Assembly: GCA_041554075.1 (NCBI GenBank)
Contig: JBFFMM010000001.1
Location: 816-64,815 of the forward strand
Direction: 5' to 3'
DNA length: 64,000 bases
Origin: Draconibacterium sp.
Lineage (GTDB): Bacteria; Bacteroidota; Bacteroidia; Bacteroidales; Prolixibacteraceae
A program made the position numbers and the translations under genes. The notes beneath the pieces were generated by a model that was given only the letters and a program-made list of their open reading frames with translations, was not told the DNA's origin and did not search any database. Positions 49,371-57,842 of this stretch are shown piece after piece (within the stretch, counting starts at the first letter, position 1; each line of letters opens with the position of its first letter).

Positions 49371-50090
49371 CTATTGTTTAAAAGTGTTTTTCTTCCTATT
49401 TATACCTTCGGTGAGAATTGCGTTATTATACAATTTCTGCATTCTCACATCGACATCAGAAATAACATCAGCACATTCTTTTAATTCCAGCGTGATAGCT
49501 TCAATTTTATTTGCGGTTAGCTTGTACGACAATTCATGTTCCAGCGAAGCCCAAAAATCCATTGCAATAGTTCTGATCTGAATCTCAACATTTACAATTT
49601 CTTTGCTCGTTGACAAAAAAACGGGAACAGTTACAATCATATGCAGGCTCCGATAACCATTGGGTTTCGGGTTTTTAATATAATCAGATTTTCGTATTAT
49701 TCCGACATCATCCTGTGCTGTAAGCAGGTCGGCAATAACATAAATATCATCAATATGAGAACAAATTACCCGAACTCCTGCAATGTCGGTGAGGTGTTTT
49801 CTTGCAGACTCAACACTGAGTTCGCATCCACGTCTGTTTAGCTTATCCATGATACTTTTAGGCGTTTTAATTCTGTATTTTATATCATGGATCGGGTTGC
49901 GATCTTTTACATATTTAAATTCATCATTCAGATTTTCCAACTTTGTTGTAATTTCCCTAGCCGCAGAAGAATACAGGTTTTGGGTCACAACAAAAGAGTT
50001 TATCACTTTTGCTTTATCCTCAGGTAAAACATAGCCATTTAGCCCATCAATAAGATAAGCAACTTTTAAATGTTCAATATTTTTTTCCAT
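49371..50090 (-). CDS. small alarmone synthetase (RelP/RelQ-like GTP pyrophosphokinase)
   Basis: RIKTPKSI..K, DIAGVRVIC, DYI.NPK.NGYRSLH, VEIQIRTIAMDFWASLEH; ATG 50090 preferred. Confidence 0.92.
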   Translation of the reverse strand: MEKNIEHLKVAYLIDGLNGYVLPEDKAKVINSFVVTQNLYSSAAREITTKLENLNDEFKYVKDRNPIHDIKYRIKTPKSIMDKLNRRGCELSVESARKHLTDIAGVRVICSHIDDIYVIADLLTAQDDVGIIRKSDYIKNPKPNGYRSLHMIVTVPVFLSTSKEIVNVEIQIRTIAMDFWASLEHELSYKLTANKIEAITLELKECADVISDVDVRMQKLYNNAILTEGINRKKNTFKQ

Positions 50091-50609
50091 TTCTGCATTT
50101 TTTGTTTTATTAAAACCAGTTTCATAACAATGTAGCCTTCCATTACCTATTCTCAATTTGCCTTTGTAACAGTTTATAATAGTGTTTAGATGGATGTCGC
50201 TCTTTTACTTTTTCGATGCGTAGGCTAGGTGTTGGGTTAAAGACAATTTGCAAGATTCGCGACCGCTTTTAATTTCTCTTTTCTTGCAAGTCGGCAAAAA
50301 AATATGTCATTTTCTTTCATGGTCAATACAATTTTTATTCTCAAACCATTTTGTAGTCCTTTTCTTTGTCACTGTGGCTTGAAGGTTTTGTTGGCAACTC
50401 TGTTTTCGCAATATCTTCCAAACACCAGTTAGGTTTTGAAGTATTTGCAGAGATATCCTTTATTGGTCTCAATAATAGTTAAGGATATAAGGATGGTATC
50501 GACATATATAGTAAAATTATAAGGCACCGTTACAATTTATTTATTATGGAATTATAAGGAAGACCAACAAATACATTAATGGTACATATAAAATTCAATT
50601 TGTAAAAAG

Positions 50610-50870
50610 CTAAAAAGCTTTCGTTTTCCGTATTTGCTGCCAGGGAACAATAAATAAATGCCTTTCAGAATTGACCTGATTTGTTAAGGACATTCCTTTC
50701 TCACTATTTCTGCTTTCAGTAGAATAATTCTGTTCCATTCTAAAAATATTCCTGGGTTGAAATAATTTTTTATCTTCTGTTTTTTTAATAAGAGCCATGG
50801 GTAATTGCTTTAAATTGTTTAATGACTTCGTGGGCATAATGAGCAGTACGCCTAAACTAATCTTGCTCAT
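50610..50870 (-). CDS. possible small hypothetical protein
   Basis: 86-aa ORF co-directional with its neighbours; no motif. Confidence 0.25.
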   Translation of the reverse strand: MSKISLGVLLIMPTKSLNNLKQLPMALIKKTEDKKLFQPRNIFRMEQNYSTESRNSEKGMSLTNQVNSERHLFIVPWQQIRKTKAF

Positions 50871-50973
50871 TTTGTAGACAACTAAGCAGAATTTTTTCGA
50901 TAAATTATGCTTTTACATTAGATGTTTTTGTGGGAAAATATGACTAAGACCTTCTCTCAATTAATTTATCTGT

Positions 50974-51123
50974 TTACATATATTCTTCACAATAATTAAC
51001 AGCCTTGTTCTTAAGTGCGTACATACAATCTTTACGATTCTCACAATTCATACATAAGCCTTTAAAGACTTCTTTTGTTGTATTTTGTGTAATCGACATT
51101 TTCTCCTTTTTCATTGTTTTCAT
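50974..51123 (-). CDS. 49-aa four-cysteine microprotein (absent from the ORF track)
   Basis: MKTMKKEKMSITQNTTKEVFKGLCMNCENRKDCMYALKNKAVNYCEEYM*, starting 11 nt after the rnk stop; Cx2Cx5Cx11C pattern. Confidence 0.75.
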   Translation of the reverse strand: MKTMKKEKMSITQNTTKEVFKGLCMNCENRKDCMYALKNKAVNYCEEYM

Positions 51124-51134
51124 AATTCCAATAT

Positions 51135-51548
51135 TTATAATGTGTATTTACCATCTGCTTCAGGCTGATATTCAATGCTTTGAATTGTAATGTCAACTTC
51201 TCCTTTTGGCGCCTCAAATTTTACGGTATCACCAATTTTGTAGCCCAGCAAAGCACAACCTAAGGGAGAAAATACCGAAACATTTCTTTTTTTAAAATCA
51301 GCCTCATGTGGGTACACCACCTTTACAATCATTTGCGCTTTTGTTTCCTCATTTATTACCTGAACAACTGAATTCATTGTCACAAACTCAGGCTCAATGG
51401 ATTTGGAATCTACTTTTTCAGCACGATTTATTTCATGTGCCAGAACTTCAAGGTTTTTGATTTCAATTTTTTTGTCGTTTCGTGCGGCTTGAATGAGTTT
51501 ACTTAACCTCATAAAGTCAAGTTCTGTAATTTTTATTTTTTCTTTCAT
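51135..51548 (-). CDS. rnk: Rnk (GreA/GreB C-terminal family) RNA polymerase-binding protein
   Basis: ITELDF.RL, VTMNS, VYP.EAD, SV.SPLG.ALLG, YQPEA.G.Y.L. Confidence 0.9.
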   Translation of the reverse strand: MKEKIKITELDFMRLSKLIQAARNDKKIEIKNLEVLAHEINRAEKVDSKSIEPEFVTMNSVVQVINEETKAQMIVKVVYPHEADFKKRNVSVFSPLGCALLGYKIGDTVKFEAPKGEVDITIQSIEYQPEADGKYTL

Positions 51549-51554
51549 CTTTTT

Positions 51555-52034
51555 TTAGTTTAGGTACGAGTTCACTAATAGTGCATCTACATTTTTTTTT
51601 GTCATTATTCCCGGTTGCGTAACTAACTTTTCGATGTATAACTTCTGTTGAAAACCTTTGTACAGAAATGAAACCTGATTACCTTCCTTAGCACCTAAAC
51701 AGGCAATGGCAATAGGATTATAAATAGATATGTCGTAATTGTTTTGAATATTCTGAGGCAATACAATTTTAACCAGTTGCTTTTTCTTATGCTCTGTTAC
51801 AAGAATAAATTCAGCATTTAGTGTAATTACATTTCTCGGGAGTTTCATTGAATTATATTTCTTTGAAAATGAGATAAGCATAAACAATTTATGAAAATAA
51901 ACAGGTGCAATGTGCAGTTTTCCAACATCATCGCTCAAAAGCTCTAATAGCTGATAATAATCGCTAAATGTAACAGCCCTATCAAACCATTCATAAGACC
52001 GAACATCTTTTTTTAATGTAATATTGTTCACCAT
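51555..52034 (-). CDS. divergent Rnk-like protein
   Basis: VITLNAE, KIVLP, ISIYNPIAIACLG.KEG, QP: degenerate versions of Rnk motifs. Confidence 0.7.
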   Translation of the reverse strand: MVNNITLKKDVRSYEWFDRAVTFSDYYQLLELLSDDVGKLHIAPVYFHKLFMLISFSKKYNSMKLPRNVITLNAEFILVTEHKKKQLVKIVLPQNIQNNYDISIYNPIAIACLGAKEGNQVSFLYKGFQQKLYIEKLVTQPGIMTKKNVDALLVNSYLN

Positions 52035-52059
52035 TTCGACAAAAAATTTAATTTAACTA

Positions 52060-52103
52060 AAGTCGCATACGATTTATACAATGTCGTATACGATTCAAAT
52101 GTA
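52060..52103 (-). promoter_or_regulatory. -7 element TACATTTG plus two tandem operators (AAGTCGCATACGAT, ATGTCGTATACGAT)
   Basis: CAAATGTA at 52096-52103; boxes at 52081-52094 and 52060-52073, 21 bp apart. Confidence 0.7.
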
Positions 52104-52164
52104 TAAATGTTTAAGTTCAAATTATATGATATAAATAAGCAATATACAAATACTGCAAAACGGG

Positions 52165-52890
52165 TTACGCTCTTAGCCTACTTTTAATTTTAACCCATAC
52201 AGCTCTTATCGTTTTCCCCTGTTCATTTTGGTCATCAATTTCCAAAAAAACTTTATTTCTAATTGTTGCATTTTGAATTATCAGATTGTATGGGAGTACC
52301 CCCAACGGTTCAATCTGTAACGACTCCAATTCGGTAAAATGTGCGTAGGCATTGTCGGCCTTTGTACGAACAAGTCCTACACAGTTTTCTTTTTCGGGCA
52401 AAGTATTAATATGCTGTACCAGTTCAGCTTCAATTTCGGGTGTGCCATCCGAAAAAACAACAGCATAATCAGAATTTGAAATAATTTGTTGTATTGCATT
52501 CAAATCATCGCAAAATGGAAAATAAACAAGTAGATATTTACAGTTTTTAAGAGAGTTTTGTGTTTTAATATAGGTTGCCAGGTTATTCACATGTTCAACA
52601 TCGGGCTTTTCGGAAAATTGTACGCTTCGACCATATAAATTATGAAATCGACAAAAGAAAATTTCCATATCGTAAATGTTGTCGTTGTTGCAATACTCAT
52701 ATTTTGCAAACCTATTGGTTTTTACTGATGCATCCGTAATTCCCATCAGTTCTTCTAAAACCGAATATTGGTTGGTGTCGAGAATCATTAAGTTTTCTCG
52801 TTCAATCATAGCAAACGAACTCAAGTACTGGCAAATACCTGTGCCTCTGGTGAGCTCAATTAGTGATAATATTTTCATATCTGAATACAT
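52165..52890 (-). CDS. degenerate MinD/COG1149-type P-loop ATPase homologue
   Basis: N-terminal strand + ELTRGTGIC where GKGGTGKT is expected; SDYAVVF, LGVLPYN, GKTIRAVW.KI match the family's C-terminal pattern. Confidence 0.55.
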   Translation of the reverse strand: MYSDMKILSLIELTRGTGICQYLSSFAMIERENLMILDTNQYSVLEELMGITDASVKTNRFAKYEYCNNDNIYDMEIFFCRFHNLYGRSVQFSEKPDVEHVNNLATYIKTQNSLKNCKYLLVYFPFCDDLNAIQQIISNSDYAVVFSDGTPEIEAELVQHINTLPEKENCVGLVRTKADNAYAHFTELESLQIEPLGVLPYNLIIQNATIRNKVFLEIDDQNEQGKTIRAVWVKIKSRLRA

Positions 52891-52914
52891 ATAATTTTCT
52901 CTTATATTTGTATT

Positions 52915-52929
52915 ACAAAGAGCGTGCCA
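52915..52929 (-). promoter_or_regulatory. candidate sigma-54 promoter
   Basis: Minus strand TGGCACG-CTCT-TTGT, correct -24/-12 spacing, one mismatch to TTGC. Confidence 0.5.
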
Positions 52930-52930
52930 T

Positions 52931-52944
52931 ATGTCGGATACGAT
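52931..52944. promoter_or_regulatory. operator copy ATGTCGGATACGAT in the divergent marR promoter region
   Basis: Same motif as at 52081; TATATTTG at 52903-52910 lies upstream on the plus strand. Confidence 0.7.
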
Positions 52945-53006
52945 ATATTATAGTTCGCAATAGATGTAATTAAGCAAAAAGGGTTGATGACATTCGATAA
53001 AAAACT

Positions 53007-53708
53007 ATGGATAGTAAATACAAAGCAATAAAGCAGCTTATTGATTTTTGGGCTTTATATGAAACCGAAGAAAAAGGTGAACACACCTTATTAAATTTTT
53101 CGCAGTGGATAATAGGACAAATTGAACGGGAAACAATTGTTAATACGAAAATTAGAACCAGGCATGAAAATAAATCCCGCTCAGAAGGTATGGAATATTT
53201 AAATAAGCTAGATCCTGTTTCGCGATTTCAGGAACACATTCTTCGAATTGCTCGTTTAGAGGACTTTTATATTCGAAAATACCTTGCGGATTTACCTTTA
53301 AACTCCCGATTGGAATACCTTTTTTTATTCACTGTTGATGGATTAGAGAAAGCAAAAAAAACAGACCTCATTAATATTCATTTGGTTGAATACACCACCG
53401 GAATGGATACAATACGACGATTAATCAAGAATAATTTATTGTATGAACTACCCGATGTGCAGGATAAACGTGCAAAATTACTGATACTAACAAAAGAAGG
53501 TGATGGGGTATTAAAAAAAGCCAATCGGCGAATGGATGTAGCCCGAAGCAAATTTTTATCTTGCATTAGCACCAACAAATGGAAAAAGGCATTACCGGTA
53601 CTGAATGAAATTGATGCGTTCCATAGCGACATTTATCTTAATCATTACGATAAGCCATTTGCCGAAATCTCAAACTTAATGGATTCGTTAAAGCATTTAA
53701 ATAAATAG
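53007..53708 (+). CDS. MarR-family winged-helix regulator (Bacteroidota long form)
   Basis: K.DLI.......TTG.D.IRRL....L...PD..DKRAK.L.LT.EG. Confidence 0.85.
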   Translation: MDSKYKAIKQLIDFWALYETEEKGEHTLLNFSQWIIGQIERETIVNTKIRTRHENKSRSEGMEYLNKLDPVSRFQEHILRIARLEDFYIRKYLADLPLNSRLEYLFLFTVDGLEKAKKTDLINIHLVEYTTGMDTIRRLIKNNLLYELPDVQDKRAKLLILTKEGDGVLKKANRRMDVARSKFLSCISTNKWKKALPVLNEIDAFHSDIYLNHYDKPFAEISNLMDSLKHLNK

Positions 53709-53901
53709 TTATTCTAGTTTTAAAATTGTCGTTTTACTATTTGAAATAATGCATTTATCCCCAACTTTTCCCTTCGTATTACCTTTTGGAGATAAACTAA
53801 TCTAGCCCAGGTGTTATACACTGCAGGTATAGTACCGAGAATTCAGTATCAGTCCCCATTTTCATCACATTACATTTTTTTGGAAGTTTCAAAAAATCTT
53901 C

Positions 53902-53924
53902 TAAGTTTGCATCGGATACGACAT
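53902..53924 (+). promoter_or_regulatory. -7 element TAAGTTTG plus operator copy ATCGGATACGACAT
   Basis: Reverse complement ATGTCGTATCCGAT at 53911-53924, immediately after TAnnTTTG, upstream of the third rnk. Confidence 0.7.
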
Positions 53925-54078
53925 AATTAACGACGACGTCGATTTTACAGTGGCAATTGAATTAGCTGAAATGATTGTTTAACAAAAAACATCTGCACAA
54001 AGCTGTTTTCTGGCTTTTATTAATGCACCGTTGCTTAACAGTAAACCATCGAAAACTTAAACAATTATACTTTATGCA

Positions 54079-54489
54079 ATGAAAACAATAGAAATTACAA
54101 AACTTGATTTTACACGAATAACAAGTACGATATATAGTTTTCAGCAGTTTAATAAAAATGATTTCAGTGAAATTGCGGAACTGAAAAAAAAAATTAAACT
54201 CGCCAATAAACGAGATTCTTCCGAGATTGGTTCTAACTATTTAACAATGAATTCTATTGTTGAGGTAACGCAAAAAGACACAGGTAAAACCATGCAAATT
54301 GAGTTGGTTTATCCCAAAGACGTTAATTCAAAGGCAGGCAAAATTTCTATTCTTTCGCCTCTTGGTAATGCAATTATTGGGAAAAGAGTAGGAACTAGAA
54401 TTTGTTATAATACACCCAAGGGTAAAATAAGTTTAAAAGTCAATCAAATTATTTATCAGCCAGAGGCCAACGGCGATTATCATTTATGA
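54079..54489 (+). CDS. rnk: Rnk-family protein (third paralogue)
   Basis: ITKLDF.RI, LTMNS, LVYP, ISILSPLGNAIIG, IYQPEANGDYHL. Confidence 0.88.
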   Translation: MKTIEITKLDFTRITSTIYSFQQFNKNDFSEIAELKKKIKLANKRDSSEIGSNYLTMNSIVEVTQKDTGKTMQIELVYPKDVNSKAGKISILSPLGNAIIGKRVGTRICYNTPKGKISLKVNQIIYQPEANGDYHL

Positions 54490-54750
54490 TTTGTGTGGAT
54501 GAGCTCTTTAGGTGTTGTAAATAAATAGTTATTTCATTGATGCTTATTGTTGAACGGATTGGGCTTGTGTGTTGCTAATCTTCTATGGTTAATGTAGGTG
54601 CTTTTATTAAAGTTGCCGATGCGGTGTAGCACATGGAGTTGTTTAAATTTCCTTAATCAGATTGACCTAAAAATAAAGCGTTAACCAACTAAATAAAAAA
54701 AGAATGGGGCACCAATTCATCAATTTCCCTTGATGATTTGTAAGTATCTG

Positions 54751-55050
54751 CTACTTACTGGCTCCATTCTTTAATTCCTTACAATTTTCCATTTCAACAA
54801 TATAATAACCTTTCGTTTCAATCGCCTCAATAATCTCTTCCGAAGCTTCCTCAATATGGCAAAACTCACATTCTTTCGAACTTAATTTATCTAATTTAAC
54901 ATTTTTACCCCTGAGGTAATCCTGTCCAAAACGATAAATAACATTTGCATCTTTTTCGTGCTCTGGCACTAAAATATCAAAATGCATTTTCTTCCCATCG
55001 CTCCGTTCCACATAAGTATCCCAAACTGCTACGTTCATTTTTTTATTCAA
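54751..55050 (-). CDS. DUF2024-family protein
   Basis: VAVWDTYV.R.DG..MHFDILVP, ECEFCHIE, GY.I.EMENC. Confidence 0.85.
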   Translation of the reverse strand: MNKKMNVAVWDTYVERSDGKKMHFDILVPEHEKDANVIYRFGQDYLRGKNVKLDKLSSKECEFCHIEEASEEIIEAIETKGYYIVEMENCKELKNGASK

Positions 55051-55089
55051 TTTTAAATCTTCCTATCAGACAGCTTTTTGCAGCTTCAT

Positions 55090-55614
55090 TTATTTCTGCT
55101 TAAAATACACCCAAAACTCCTCATCGTTTTTTTGTGACACCCAATGTTTAAAATCAAGGCTGGTGGCTTTATCGATTAATGGTGCCGGAATAAAAGGAGC
55201 GATAATTTTATAAATCGAATTCGCAGGCAAACTTCGCAGGTCGGCAATTACCTGGTTTACGGGATGCTCGCCAGCTGCCAGCATTTCACGAATATCCAAT
55301 TCTTTGTTCACCTTTGTTTCATCAAACCACTCCGGCTTTTGAGAATTGTATGTTGTATCTCCTTCAAGCGAAAGAATGTCCTGCCCCACTTCTTTTCGCA
55401 GTACGTTAATTAAATCTTCCACTTTAACACCTCCCACAGCGGCGGCTTGTTGTAAAGTTGCAATTTTGGCAACCGTATTGCGCAGCACAGGGTTTTTTAG
55501 TTTTTTAAAGGCCGGTACATAATCAATTAACACATCTTCGAGTTTCGGGTACGCTTCAATTAACTGAAGCACTTTTGTTTTTGGGGTGATTATTAATAGT
55601 TCTTTTGCTTTCAT
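55090..55614 (-). CDS. DUF1858-domain protein
   Basis: ITP.TKV..L...YP.L...L....P.FKKL.NP.LR.TV....TL.QAA; C-terminal LD.R.ML..GEHP..V domain. Confidence 0.85.
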   Translation of the reverse strand: MKAKELLIITPKTKVLQLIEAYPKLEDVLIDYVPAFKKLKNPVLRNTVAKIATLQQAAAVGGVKVEDLINVLRKEVGQDILSLEGDTTYNSQKPEWFDETKVNKELDIREMLAAGEHPVNQVIADLRSLPANSIYKIIAPFIPAPLIDKATSLDFKHWVSQKNDEEFWVYFKQK

Positions 55615-55646
55615 TTTTCTGATTATTACTAGTTGTGTTTTTAGGC

Positions 55647-55680
55647 TTCGACTTCGCTAATCCTGACTGTTAAGGTAAGC
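55647..55680. repeat. partial copy of the REP-like element at 10553
   Basis: TTCGACTTCGCTAATCCTGACTGTTAAGGTAAGC aligns with ATCGACTACGCTCAGTCTGACAGTCACAGTAAGC. Confidence 0.5.
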
Positions 55681-55689
55681 TTATCCCAA

Positions 55690-56919
55690 TTATTCGTATG
55701 ATAATATTCGTTGTTCACCTTCCAGTTTACGGTCGTTTGTTAAATCTCTTGAAACTTCGAGCGTACCAAGGTATTCACCCTGTTCGTTGCGCAAGGCAAA
55801 ATATTCGATATGAATAAATTTGCCGCCCATGTTTATCCAGAACGGGGCGCGGGTTTGTTTCCCACTCTTAAAATCGTCGAGTATTTTATCTACAATGTGT
55901 GCACTTGCCGGTGGGTGGCAATGGCGTACATCGCGATTGAGAATGGCACGGTTCCGCTGAAAAATGCGATCTTTGCTTTGTGTAAAGTATTTCACTTTAT
56001 CGTTTTTATCCACAAAGGTCATGTCAACCGGAATGGAGTTTAAGATGGCGAAAAGTTCTTCAACCATAAAACTTCCGGTTGGTAACTGAATATTTCCTCC
56101 GGCGGTTTGTACTTCATTAATATTTTCGGGTTCAATACCTTCGGGCTGCCACTCTTTTGGCGGGTCGTATAAGCAGTAACCAATTTCGAGCGACTGTTTC
56201 TGAATTTCGTACCAGTCGGCATCTGCAAGTGTGTCCATCATCATTGGATAAAGAATTTCTTCTTCTTTGATGGTCATTTCGTAAACCCCTTTTAAGGCGG
56301 GCAACAATACAATTTCTGCTGATGCTTCCAAGTCTTCCTTCGACAAATCATTAATTTGCAGAATTTCAATACTTCCTTTTAGCTGTTCACGAATTTCGTC
56401 GTGCTTGCCCCACATCACTTTTGGTGGCCCGGTAATTCCTGATTTTTCGAGGTAGGGAAACAATAAATATTCTTTTCGTTGGTAGTGTTTATCAACGTCC
56501 ATTAGCTGGTTAAATGCCCCGCGTATTTTCAAAACAGCCTGTTTAAAATCTTCTCCTTTTCGATATTTTATGGCCAGCAGATCTTCGGTGGTATTATCCG
56601 ATAAACGTTTTAGCATTTTGTTTTCCTGCAACATTACATCAATCGGGTGGCCTTCGGGAATAGATTTTGATGCCGACAAATCAACCGCCCCATGTAAAAC
56701 TGCCGAGTGGGCATCGCACAATTTTAACACATCTTCTTCGGGCAAACCTTCGGCAATTAATTCCTGCTCCACTTCCACCACTTCGCCATACGGAATATTG
56801 CTCAAGCTTTGTAGCAATTCTTGCCTCACGTTTTCTTGCGAACCGCCTTCGTGAAGTTTCAAAATCAGCTCTTTTAATTTTGTTTTTCTAAATTTCGAAT
56901 TGTCAATGTTTTCACTCAT
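55690..56919 (-). CDS. DUF438 - hemerythrin - PAS domain protein
   Basis: EQELI.EG....V..LCD.H, GHP......EN, HY.RKE..LFP, PP.VMW..HDEIR, KEE.IL.P, D.TFVD..D.V.YF, CHPP. Confidence 0.9.
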   Translation of the reverse strand: MSENIDNSKFRKTKLKELILKLHEGGSQENVRQELLQSLSNIPYGEVVEVEQELIAEGLPEEDVLKLCDAHSAVLHGAVDLSASKSIPEGHPIDVMLQENKMLKRLSDNTTEDLLAIKYRKGEDFKQAVLKIRGAFNQLMDVDKHYQRKEYLLFPYLEKSGITGPPKVMWGKHDEIREQLKGSIEILQINDLSKEDLEASAEIVLLPALKGVYEMTIKEEEILYPMMMDTLADADWYEIQKQSLEIGYCLYDPPKEWQPEGIEPENINEVQTAGGNIQLPTGSFMVEELFAILNSIPVDMTFVDKNDKVKYFTQSKDRIFQRNRAILNRDVRHCHPPASAHIVDKILDDFKSGKQTRAPFWINMGGKFIHIEYFALRNEQGEYLGTLEVSRDLTNDRKLEGEQRILSYE

Positions 56920-57069
56920 ACTATTTTACTTTAATTTATGATGCTACTAAAACTGATAACCCTTAGTTACAAATATTGTTTGAAATATATCAAAAAAAAC
57001 GAAGTGCCATCACCCAAAATAACCGGGGAGGCAAATTCGTTTGCAACCAAAAAAACCAATTCTTTAATT

Positions 57070-57552
57070 TTAGTATTTTTTATTTTTTACTGAAGTTTTA
57101 TGCAGTTTACCTCCTAAAACAATTCCAGCGGCCAATAGAACAAGATTTTTAATGATATACTGACCTTCCAAGGTTGGTGCATACGGAAAATGTGTAAAAA
57201 CTTCATCGGGGAATAGAAATACCGGAGCAAAAGTTCCAGCCATTTGAAGAAATAACAACAAAAGTGTTTCGCGCATAAACTTACCGGAAATAAGTCCAAT
57301 GCTGATAAGCACTTCCCAAAATGCCAAACCGTTAATGATTACAACATCTGGTATGAGTTCGAAACTTAGTATTGAAATGGTTCTGACAGCCAAGTCCTGT
57401 GCAGGACTTAAACCTGGGAAAAACTTCAGAAATCCGAACCAAAAAAAGATAATCCCAATAGATATTCTTACCAAAAGAAAACCATTACGAGACATCCATT
57501 TTGTAATAACCGGGTCTATTTTTACAAACCATTTCCCTCTAAAAATACTCAT
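57070..57552 (-). CDS. DoxX-like membrane protein
   Basis: R.SIG.IF.WFG.LKF...SPA..L, TLEGQYIIKN. Confidence 0.8.
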   Translation of the reverse strand: MSIFRGKWFVKIDPVITKWMSRNGFLLVRISIGIIFFWFGFLKFFPGLSPAQDLAVRTISILSFELIPDVVIINGLAFWEVLISIGLISGKFMRETLLLLFLQMAGTFAPVFLFPDEVFTHFPYAPTLEGQYIIKNLVLLAAGIVLGGKLHKTSVKNKKY

Positions 57553-57583
57553 TTTATCTATCTCACTTTTGTTAATTGCAATT

Positions 57584-57764
57584 GAAGTTGTTTTAAGTAA
57601 ATCTGAAAAACTACGAGCAACACCTTGATTCCACTGGCTGCAGCTAATTTTTCTTACGTCCCGAGCATTCGGGATGCAAGAAAAATGGAGCTTTGCTATT
57701 GATGATCAAGCAAGCTGTTCTCACAGCTCGCTCTCGAAATTCCCCATTTACTTTAAACAACTTC
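57584..57764. mobile_element. 181-bp MITE-like element
   Basis: 19-bp terminal inverted repeats GAAGTTGTTTTAAGTAAAT / ATTTACTTTAAACAACTTC (18/19 complementary) and an internal hairpin TCCCGA-GCAT-TCGGGA. Confidence 0.7.
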
Positions 57765-57769
57765 GTTAT

Positions 57770-57811
57770 AAAAACCGGCACACCATTTTATAAATTAATG
57801 GTGTAACCGGT
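57770..57811 (-). terminator. probable intrinsic terminator of the nor operon
   Basis: ACCGG..ACACCATT / AATGGTGT.CCGGT stem followed by a T run on the minus strand, about 30 nt after the qNor stop. Confidence 0.55.
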
Positions 57812-57842
57812 AAAATTTTACAAAATTGGCGTATTAACAGGC

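Noticed and set aside
50157-50600. Riboswitch or leader peptide upstream of the alarmone synthetase
   Set aside because: No conserved aptamer core recognised; the short frames lack good starts
56955-57010. HcpR-like site (GTAAC-N5-GTTAT) and TGGCAC sigma-54 box upstream of DUF438a
   Set aside because: Wrong half-site spacing and no -12 element
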